Part shown: positions 13,232 through 23,999 of the stretch, in pieces | Numbering within the stretch: the stretch's first letter is position 1 | Layout of the letters: each line of letters starts with the position of its first letter | Assembly: GCA_002633005.1 (NCBI GenBank) | Contig: NMRA01000019.1 | Location: 874,099-938,098 of the forward strand | Length of the DNA stretch: 64,000 nt | Source: Phoronis australis | Lineage: Eukaryota; Animalia; Phoronida | Reading direction: 5' to 3' | The notes under the pieces: model-generated | Told to the model about the DNA's origin: nothing | Databases searched by the model: none | Seen by the model: the letters and a program-made list of their open reading frames with translations, nothing else | Translations under genes and position numbers: made by a program

Positions 13232-16200
13232 GCATGCCTGGAATGCCAACTTCGATCTCGCGCTGCTGAGGTTGCGCCGCGCATGCGTGGCATTTGTTTG
13301 CATTCGTTTGTTCCGGTGCTGGTTATTGCTAATGAATTTATTGTCACTAAAATCATTCGAAACTCCGCCGTTTTTCAAATGAATTGCATGAAATTCATCA
13401 TTAAAAGCACCGTATGGTAATATGAAAGTGTCGCCGTGTGTCAAAAAGTGTCACATTCTGATGGTGTGGCGGGATAAAAATATAAAAAGTGGGATAGTCC
13501 CCCAAGAGCGGGACAACTGGCATGCAAAATGTAAGCTGTCAGCATTACAAGGTATTGGATTGGACTTTGTTACAAGGTAAACTTTTAATTTTTTAAAAGT
13601 CATTTTAAGGGTATTGGTGAATTCTACAGATAACATTTACTGATCAGAAATCGAATTAACAAAAAGTATCTGGGCAACAAGTAAACATTACACAAATAAA
13701 TTATTATGGAAACAATTTAAAACAGTTATGAATTATTCAAACAAACATACTTAGATACGCAAATACGAGTAGTTTTTCGAAAGTCACGTGAACACACCTG
13801 CTAGTTGTGGCTAAACTTTTCATTTATAATTGCAGAACAAACATTCAGAAACCAAATGTCACTTCTTTCCGTAAGATACAGTAACATGATTTTAACACCA
13901 AAACGTTTTGTTGAAAAACTCCTAGCATGTAGTTTGATTGATTGTCGAAAGTGATTCTAAGACTGAAGACGAAAAAAGAGGCCAGACTATTCCCGGTATC
14001 CGGCGAGGGCCACGGGTCGGTGCCTATAAAGAATGACCGATGTAATTCTGGGGTTTGTTGACTACTTTTGCTGAGAAATCGCTGGTTGTCTAGAACCGTA
14101 GCTCAAGAGAATCGCTTGATGAACAAAAATCTCAGGATGAAAATGAAGCAATGAAATTAGTCTTCACTGATAACTGCAGCACTCGACTAAACTAAGGTCG
14201 ACCAGGCAACCGGAAATTCTCAGTGCAAACTCTCGCGGCTAATTTCGGGGTCGCAAGCTTTAATAGAATGCAATGGTCACGTGCGGATGTTGGCATTGCA
14301 GGGCTAGAGTTCTATAATATAACAACCTTGGCTTGATTTGAGACATTTTGCTTGAAACTTGTAACTGTTATTAAATATTCCATTTGGTATAAACACACAT
14401 CCAATAGACTAGTTCCAACTACGCCTACCATGGTTACCGCTTCAAAGACCCACAAGCACAAAGCCAATGTGACGGAAGTCCCTGCAAACGTTTAGTTACA
14501 TCAACAGGTTAGAGTTCAGTAGCTGCCTCGCGGCTAGAAAAATGTAGTCAAAATCAAGTGTTCTCATTTAAAAATAAATATACGGCAATATGACACGTAA
14601 TCTCGCGAAGTCCTAGTTGTTAGAGAGGTCCTAAGTTATTGAACTCTACCTTGGGTCTCTCCGATGTGTTTTCATCATATTTCACTGAAACTATTACTGT
14701 ATAGAACCACATCATCAGCCAAAATGAGAAAGCAAATGACTTATTGCACACAGCGGTATATCCGCTATACAATTCATCGACATGTCAAGCTTCATTCACG
14801 GATGTCTGATCGATTCAGACACTCGAGGTATCAAAAGTTGTTTGACATTGAACTCGTTTATTCGGCGACACCATTAGGTGCTCTCGTGAGCAATTTCATA
14901 GCACAAATGATGGTGGGAAAGTTCTTCAACATAATTTGGCCGTACTTCAATTTTTTTTAGGATCCACTGTTGGTCTAATGCAAAGAATACGAAAGTGGCT
15001 TTGTTTGTTAACGAGACCACGTTTCCATTTAGTCTCCTGCGCTGTCATCTGGATAGTATGTTCCACGTTTAGTTGACAATACATTGATACTATTAGATGA
15101 AACAAAATAAAATAAGAGTATGTGCAAAACACGATGTCCGTGAATATAAGTTTCTATCATTTCGTGCTTGTTTTTTCCAGATGTATATTAAGATAATCGC
15201 AAAATCTGTTCCGACCTTGCTTTTATCAGCGGAGGCCATTTTCCTCCTTTCATTAAATCGCATTACAAGTGCGCCAAGCGCATTGAAAAACTGTTTCATT
15301 TACACTTTCGTTCCCTACCAATGTTTGTGGGACAAAGATAGCGGACTACCATAATTGTGTTTACATCACCATTGTGCTTCCGTACAGTAATTGGTTGGAA
15401 TTATCAGCTTGATTGACGTAACGGAACGATCCGACAGTCGCGTCATACGTTTCATCTGATAACTTTTGCAAACCCGGCGTAATTAAATATTTCTCAATCC
15501 CAATTTCTTTATTTCTTGTCTCAGAATGCACGTCAAACATATTGTGTAAATCCGTGACACCACTTCTGCGAAAAATGCCACATAGCGCTTGAAAACAGAC
15601 GTATTTCGGAAATAATCAAAATTTATTTCGCACTTAACACACGAGTCCGCGGCAGTTTTTAAAACAATGTGGAAATTTTCATTTGTAATGGCTAGTACCT
15701 CCCTTGTTTTAAGGTACATAAAAACAAGAAAAGTTCCTATCATCTACACCCAACAAAGTGATATAATAGTCGCTAGTTTTTGTACAACACAAAAAGGCGC
15801 CAATCCTGGCAAACGCCTCAATCCCATTTCCCGTTCATTTCATTCAAAACACGTCTTACATCATTCTTCGAATTCGTAGGCTTCAAAATAATCCCGATCT
15901 CTTGCCTACTTTCTGATTAGCTAACATTCCACTGTTGAAATCACCCTTAATTTCAATATCACTTGGAACTTAGGGTCACTCAAGTAAAAAAAGTTTATAA
16001 GCTTCTATAGGGGAACAAAGTCATATGGAACCTGTCGTTTTTCGATTATACGATTTTTGAAAGTCCCCATAAACACTATAAAAATGGTAATCTAGAATTT
16101 GAAAAGTTAAGACAGATATTATGAAAAAAGATAGCTGAAGAATTGTGAGCCTTTGAAAGAAAGGCATTCAGTTTGTAATACGCAGTTTCAAGGAGACGTA

Positions 16201-17058
16201 ACCAGTAATGTCTTCCTGTTAATTCGCATAATTACATCGAAAAATGTCACGTGATTGGACGGGACAGTGTTTGGACGGACTCAAAATAGCGTCCACATAG
16301 CCTCCAAACCTTTTGACCAGTCGTTTTAGGAGTAACTTGTTCTAGGATATGTCTGTGTATGGACGGCATTATCGAAGCAAATCCAGTCTTTTCTTCAATA
16401 TGTTTATGTATTTTAAAAAGAATGACGTGTTCCACTTTTCGATTGCTTACAGGACTATGGTTTACCAACCAAGCGCAATGTTGGGCTTTCGAACAATCGT
16501 AAGTCCCCAAAACCAAGTTCCGGTACCTCTGGATTTCTCAACCCTATTTACGAAGGTTTAGAAATGGAAAATGGGGCTGGAAGCACAGGGCAAGCACAGA
16601 GAATATTTCTCGAAGATCCTCGGAAACCAAGTAAAGACAGCCGTTATCAAACGCGAAACAACGACAGACAAGCTGGCTACAGGTCATCCTACATGGAATT
16701 TGATGATATCGGTGAGTGAATTTTATTGCAGCATTCATTGCACAAAAAGGTGTTTCGTATGAAAATGTTACAGTTTCTTAGGCTCAAAAATAGACTTGAA
16801 AATAAGAAAATATCATTTACATGCATACTTTAATTTAAATACGGCAAAACTGAGAGTACTGCTAAGTAAGGGAGAATTTGAAATTGATTGTTGTTAAGCT
16901 TCTAAGAATGCAATTGAGTCGGCGTTGGCTGAATCAAAGACGGTTAACTGGTATGAGAATTCCGCATGCGAATTTGTTGATAGAAAGCGCTAACTGGACT
17001 AACGTTATATAAATTCTGAAATTTTTAACAAATCTGTGACATTGACTTTAATTTTCAG

Positions 17059-19264
17059 AAGACCCCAGGAGAAAAAGATCGAACTCGAGATGCCCTGTCA
17101 GCAAATCGATGAAAAAATTTATAATATTACTGGTCGTCGTTTGTGTTCTGGTACTAATAGGAGTAGTAGTGTTCTTCTTACGTAAGTTTTATTTAGTTGA
17201 TAGTCACAATTAATGTCTTACTCATACATCTGTGGCAAATTTTATCTTCACACAAAATTGTGGTCGCGGCGTCTGTTGTTACCTTTCAGTTTGCTTGTCC
17301 GTCCATTTTTTTCAAAAACCGCTTGGTCATAATGAAATTTCGCAGGAATGACGGATACCTGTCGATTTTCGGACGGATTTGACTACGGTGGCATAATCTG
17401 CAAAAAAATCCTTGTTCGTCAATTCTTGTTGAAACAACATGATGAAGTTAGTCCAAACATGACGCAACGGTACGTGGCGGGAATACACTGACACCAGTTA
17501 CACAGACTTGACATCTGTGGCAATGGCGCCCCCTGTTGGTTGATCGGTTTTCAACAAGTATTTGTCGATGGATTAGTTTTTGGCAAAACGACCGGGCTAA
17601 TTTTGCCGAAGCATTAACTTGACGCAGAGATATGAAGTGGAAATGCGCTAGCACCAGTCGCTTTTTGGATGAAGTAAACTATCCCACCTAGCTCCTCTGT
17701 TGACAATTGTAGTTACCATAGCTATTTGACGAAACCGGATACAGAAATATAAAGCGAGGATGTACTCATATGCACATGCGTATCCATACGCGTATACGTT
17801 TATGTATATACAATGTATATACAATGTTAATACATATAAGTACCTGCAAACGCCGCTCACTGACTCACATACACGGGATCGGACTCACAAAACACGAATC
17901 ATTCACCCTTTACACGGTCACGGACTCACAAACATGACAGAGGCACAGCCAAACACGATTCACTCCTATGAAGCATGCCCGATACACGGCCACTGACTCA
18001 TCGGCTTCCCGGTAAGTAGCGTTAAACAGTGATTATTACTACACAGAAAGGGAGTTGAAACAGAGGTTCTTTTTACGGAGTTTGAACGGTCCAAGTCATT
18101 TTGAGAACAAAGCAGAAGATAACGTAAGTCGCTACTCTCACTGCCAAAATTGAGAATTGATGTTACAGAAAGATTTTGGACGCCAAAAAATTGTAGAACA
18201 AATAAGCACTTTAAATAAAGATAATGTTTATTGTCTCTAATTAACAACAATTACATCACATTAGAGAAAAACATATGATCAAAATTATATTTAATCTTGC
18301 ACCCAGTTGCCCATTCCGATTTCTACATTTTATTCGTAAGCCGTGTTTGGCGGTTCGTGTGCCGTGTTTTTACGTGAATGTGAGTCCGTGGCCGTGTACT
18401 TTGGGTGAATGAATCGTGTTTTGTGAGTACAATCCCGTGTATGTGAGTCAGTGAACTGTGTTTGCAGGTACGTGAGTCGTGTTTTTGCGCCCGACACCGT
18501 GTTTAGCAGTCTGTTGACCGGGTAGTTTAAGTACCTTGTGTTAGTCCATCAAACTTCTATATATCCTAAACCCCACGAAATTTGAGAATAACAAATTTGG
18601 TAAGTGTATTTCTATGAACGTTATAACGGATGACAACGACTTTTGGACGCTGTGTCTCCTAATGGCAATTTCGTTTAAAGATTTGCCTCTATACTTGCAG
18701 AGTTCGAAACGTCTTTTCATAAAATTTGACAAATAGATTTCACTTAAGGAGACGACGCCTTCTCGTTTTAGAATGGATTTTACGTATTATGCGCCTCCTA
18801 TACTGGCCATTTGTGTACTATTTTCAAGTCTGTTTCTTAGCGTTCATCCACCAAACCGCTCAAAGGATCATAAAAGTAGACAGATGTATTCCTACAGAGA
18901 AGACCAGGGACGATCAAGCTGCAAAAACCGGCTTCCATAAAAAACTTCTGCTTTAGACCACTTGCAGCTTATTTGAATTTGTTAACATAGTTTCCCTTCC
19001 TCAAATTGGAGGCGATTTCACGGCTTTGAAAGAAAGAACTGCCAGTTCCTTATTGCTTGAGTCTCTATAAGTTGGTTTGATGGATGTTTATGAAATTCGT
19101 TATGTTTATATTATTTGAGGATAGTACACATCACAACTTTGGGTTTATTTGCGTTGCCGTGACTTCTACCAAATTTCTCGATAGACTCTAATGAAATTTG
19201 GCAAATAATTTACAATCACTGAGACCACATAAACAGCATATCTCCCGGATTTGACTTTCCATTA

Positions 19265-19304
<40 letters not shown>

Positions 19305-22300
19305 CTTTGTCGTCCTGGGCATCTCATTGTTCGTCAAACTGCTTAGTCATGAATGGTGACACCGTGGCAGGTGTGTTACTATTGAGCAGAGCATTGTCGA
19401 CATGCCTTGTACCCCTAGGGTCTATTTTGAGTGAAGTAGTAGCCTATTGCTCCCTTTAGTGGTAATGTTTAAAACAGCAATTATCCATTGTATATGCCAT
19501 GCGTGCAATGCACAGGGTGGGCGCATATCAAAGCACCGCGTTGCTCTTGATAACTTTGATTTGTAGTGGACAAACTAGTTCAATTACATTACCTAATACT
19601 GCCAAACATCGCTACAAATAGACTTGATTACTTTTATGAGATTTTCTATGCATCTCTTGTAGTTTCAACGAGTCCGACAGACACAACATCTAAGCCATTC
19701 GTAATAAGGAGAGGAACAGGTGAGTTAAAAACGTTCTTCCAAAATTAGGATTTGTCTTTAAAATTGACAAATTGCATGTTATATTTCTATTTATTTACAA
19801 CGTTTTAGTGTCATTCGCTACATTTGAGTCTGAGTTGAGTCTTTAAGCTCGGGGATTAAACCCTGAGACCAGACGTAGTAGAAATCCTCCAATTCATTCT
19901 ATCAGTTGGCAGTGTGCAGCAGCAGTTGAATTTGTTTCATTGGGCAACACCTTTCAAGGATCGATGTTTGTGTCCCTGCGAAAGTCTTCAAAAGCTTGAG
20001 CAATTTTACACTTCCATATTATTGCTAATTCATATATTGCGCTGTATGAGTATATCCTATTTCAGGAATGAGACTTGACACCACATCACCGTTTCAAACT
20101 CCATTGTCACGAACATCAACAGGGCATCTGTTAACAAAACTTCTCGTCACCACAACAATACAACAGAAGAGGACAACGACAATAGCAACTACGAAAACAT
20201 TGACAAAAACAACAGAAACAGCAACAACACCAACAACAGTAGCAGTATCAACAACAGCACCATTGACAACGTCAACAACAGCAACAGAAACCACATCAAC
20301 TACCGAATCGTTAACAACATCGACAACAGAACTGCCAACAACGTCGACAACAACAGCAGCAGAATCAACAACAACACCATTGACAACATCGACAACAGAA
20401 CCGCCAACAACGTCGACAACAACAGCAGCAGAAACAACATCAACAACAACACCATTGACAACATCGACAACAGAACCGCCAACAACGTTGACAACAACAG
20501 CAGCAGAAACAACATCAACAACAACACTATCGACAACATCGACAACAACATCAGCAGCAACAACAGTATCGATGACAGTAGCGTCAACATCGACAGTAGC
20601 ACCAACAACATCAAAAACATCAGCACTAATAACAACGGCAGCAACAACGTCGACAACAGAAGCAGCAACGTCATCGACAGCACCAAGAACATCACCAACA
20701 GCACTTACAACATCTGCATCAACAGCAGCAACGACAAGCATGACAACAGTAGCAACAACACCAACAGCAGGAACGCCAACATCAAAAGAATCTCCGTCAA
20801 CAAAAGAAATCATAATAACATCGACAGCAGCAGCAACATTGGCTGCAGCCCCAACAACACCAACAGCAGCAACTTCCACGGCAGCAGTAACAATGTCAAG
20901 AACAGCACCAACCACATCGACAGATGCGGCAGCTACTCCATTATTTCTAGTCTCAACAAAATCGACAGGAGCACAAACAACATCAACATTAGCAGCAACA
21001 ACAGCATCAGAAGCAACAACAGCATCAGCAGGAACATTAGCTGCGGCTACAACTTCGAGGCCAGAAACAACGACATCGACTTCAGGACCAAAAACCTCTT
21101 CAACATCACCCATAGCGACAAATTCACCGTCGACAATATCCGTAGGTACCGTGTTAGTAACAGATTCAAACGAAACGATTACAAGTATTACTACGGGGCT
21201 GGGGAAAACAACGATAACAACTGGACTCATCCCGCTATACTCGACAGAAACTACTGCAAAGCTTGAGACAGAAACTTCGACAGCGCATTTAACTTCAGCA
21301 GCACCAACATCAAAAGCTTCAACGATTTCGATGTCTGCTGAAACAACTGACGGTGAGTCGACTAAAACAGCAGCGATCAGAACATATACCCCAACAACAG
21401 AGATAATTTCAAGGTCAACAACCTTGAACGCTTCGCCAAGTTCAAGCAGCACAAGTGAACCAAAAGCCCTTACAAACTCGGTGACAGACATTAATAAGAC
21501 ATTTCCGACAACATCATCTACACAAACAATGTTGGTGGAAACAGCACTACCAACAACAGAGCCACCCACAACAGTTGAAGAAGCATCATCAATAACAACT
21601 GAATCAACGCAAACGGCATCAACGTCAACAGATCGAACACACACGTTAGGGATTGGTTCGCAATTAGCAACTACAGAAACAATGGAGACAAAAGTGTTTG
21701 GTGCATCACTGACAATTTTAGCGACAACAAAGACAAGAACAGATGCATCACTCACAGTAACAAATCCAATAACAGCAGAAATGAGTAGTACAACACTGTC
21801 AAAGGCGATAAACAAAACCCTGACATCAGAATCAGCGCGAACAACACAAAACGATGGACAATTAACGACACCGGTATCATCACAAATAACGGATGCAGCA
21901 CTGACAACTTTTGAATCAACCCAAACAACAGTAACTGATACTCCATTGACAAAATCAGAATCAACACTGTCCACAACAACAACAACACTGACAACAATAA
22001 CAACAAAAGGATCAACCTCTTCCACGGGTCAATTGTTATCAACTGCAGGCAAACCATGAGACTGAACCAGCTGTGTGAGAAACCAATGCAACGTTTTTTG
22101 TTGCTGTTGTTTTTTGTTGTTGTTGGTTTCTTTATTGTTTTTTAAAAATTTTATTGAACAAAACAACGTCAAATACAAAACATAGCGGTAGCATGACTAT
22201 TGGGTTTTGTTTATGTAGGCCCAAAACATTCATACTATTTCACCCGAGCATGTTATTCTGTTTAAAATGGATACCAGTCAACGATAAATAAGCAAATCTA

Positions 22301-23432
22301 TTTACCCGAATAATAATTTATACTCAGACCATCTCTTATCAAATAAGGTACGCTTTTGTTTTTAATATATGTTTGATAGCTTTTCTAGTTAAAATATTGT
22401 TTAAATTCCTTTCTGTAACAATGCAACGTTACTCTCGTCTCTTGTCAACTGCTTAATATCTAAATGTCTCTAGTGGTGGTGGTTCACCAATAGTGCCACA
22501 GAATGGCGTGTTGGTCCGTGACCAACCAGTACGATACTCGTGCAGGTACTGGTTACACAGGCTGTGAAAAGCTCCGTCAAAAGGAGACAATAATCGATCT
22601 TGACAAAGACAAACCATTTCCGTAATGTCGAAATGTTTGTCCATATTTATTTATTATTCTACTGTCTATCTGAATGTTTTATCGGAGTCGCGTTGCGCGC
22701 CTTTGCTGTAATTGTATTTGGTAAATGTTTGACTAAATCAGTAAAATTTGAAAGGCGATCTGAACTACGTAGGTTTAAAATATTTTTACCAATTACGTCA
22801 TATAAGTGCAGAGAGACATGCCATTTGTGTTTGTTATCGAATGTATCGAATATTTGTGCCACATGAACATATTTTAATACGTTAAAATAGTTAAAAATAG
22901 TTAAGCAATATTTTTGATGCATGTATTAACGAGAGCAAGGTTGTCTAAATTTAGACGCTCTTTTTCATAACCACTTCTGAAATGTTGTCTGAACAATCAG
23001 TATTATAGTTAAGAAATCTCGGAATTTGTTGTTGTATTGTTGAAATATTAAATTGTAGCAAATTATTCAGTTATGTATTACATGTATTCAATGATATTGT
23101 TGTTGTCTGTACTTTAACACCAGGGGCGGATCCCGGATTTTGCGTTAGGAGGGGAAGGGGGCAGGGCAGAGTATTAGCCAGGATTTTGCCCGTCAGACAT
23201 TCGCACCCCCGAACTGCCAAATGAAATCAGGGAGAATTTTAGGGGGGTGGGCATGGCCTCCTTGCCCCCCCTCCCCCGTAAATCCGCCACTGAACACCCT
23301 GACCATTAAATAAGATGATAATAAACGCTGCTATGCAAACTTGCATTTTATCAAACAAATAGCTTTATTTACAAAGTTAACAGTTATAAAACTGACTATA
23401 ATTTGTTTCTTACTCAGACAGCATTTAAATGA
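17059..23432 (+). CDS. Mucin-like Thr/Ser-rich glycoprotein with N-terminal signal anchor (type II membrane topology predicted), ~715+ aa
   Basis: Phase-1 exons 17059-17181 (DPRRKRSNSRCPVSKSMKKFIILLVVVCVLVLIGVVVFFL; ATG at 17109), 19663-19719 (STSPTDTTSKPFVIRRGT) and 20066-~22048 (Thr-rich ORF 20068-22059). Candidate terminal micro-exons are 22328-22347 (DHLLSNK) and 23418-23432 (TAFK*), with AATAAA at 23765. A candidate upstream exon lies at 14408-14507. The 5' and 3' ends are less certain than the core. Confidence 0.7.
17840..18471. mobile_element. MITE/foldback element with ~120-bp imperfect terminal inverted repeats in a mucin-gene intron
   Basis: gtacctgcaaac...cactgactcacatacacgggat...ctcacaaaacacga (17840-17960) is the reverse complement of tcgtgttttgtgag...atcccgtgtatgtgagtcagtg...gtttgcaggtac (18341-18471). 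Confidence 0.7.
19268..19302. repeat. (GT)n microsatellite
   Basis: About 17 perfect GT units. Confidence 0.95.
20066..22059 (+). CDS. Large PTS (mucin-domain) exon of the mucin-like gene
   Basis: Acceptor tttcag at 20060-20065, then a 663-codon open frame dominated by T/S/A/P with strong ACA codon bias and no cysteines. Confidence 0.85.
20258..20550 (+). repeat. Coding tandem repeat (~66-75 nt unit, PLTTSTTEPPTTSTTTAAETTSTTT-like) in the mucin exon
   Basis: About 3-4 imperfect copies of ccattgacaacatcgacaacagaaccgccaacaacgtcgacaacaacagcagcagaa. Confidence 0.8.
23121..23292. mobile_element. 172-bp MITE with CAG-ended TIRs and a 5-bp target-site duplication
   Basis: TIRs caggggcggat / atccgccactg, flanked by AACAC on both sides (23116-23120, 23293-23297). 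Confidence 0.75.
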
Positions 23433-23999
23433 ATTGTGTTGTTCTAAAGATTTGACAATTCTTTACGGCTCTATACCATGATATGCGCATAATATGAGCT
23501 AATTTAAGACCTTGGTCTCTATCAACGACGAACTGTCCTTGAAAAGCCGCCCAACAGTCACTTCTACTGTAATCTGAGTACGAAACAAGCCAACTTAGGA
23601 TGGTGCGCGATATGTTTTTGACAGAGAGCAGCAACAACAACTGTATACAAGAGAACAAATCAATATCCGGAGACGTGCTCTATGCGTTAACGGCTGATGA
23701 TCCCATTCCGACAGCACTCGGCTTTTCGGCTGTTTGTATCATCAAATAATCGCCACGTTGTTTCAATAAAAAAGAATTACACATTCCTTGACATAATTCC
23801 CAATTTAAACCGCCTTTGTCGCTGCTGTTCACGTACTAAATAAGACGTGCATCATCGTAGTGCGTCTCCAGATGGCCTTAATCTCACAGAGAAGCACCAC
23901 GGATACCCTGAGATAAAGAAAACTAATTTGCGCCAAACAGTTGGCGCTACAGTTCTTCAATGTGAAATTCTGTTAATGATTATTCTCCAGAAGTCATTA

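Noticed and set aside
20094-22025. 643-aa Val/Asp-rich antisense ORF (and Leu-rich ORFs 20300-20704 and 21752-22057)
   Set aside because: These are the reverse complement of ACA-rich Thr codons in the mucin exon, which rarely generates stops. There is no independent splice or start evidence.
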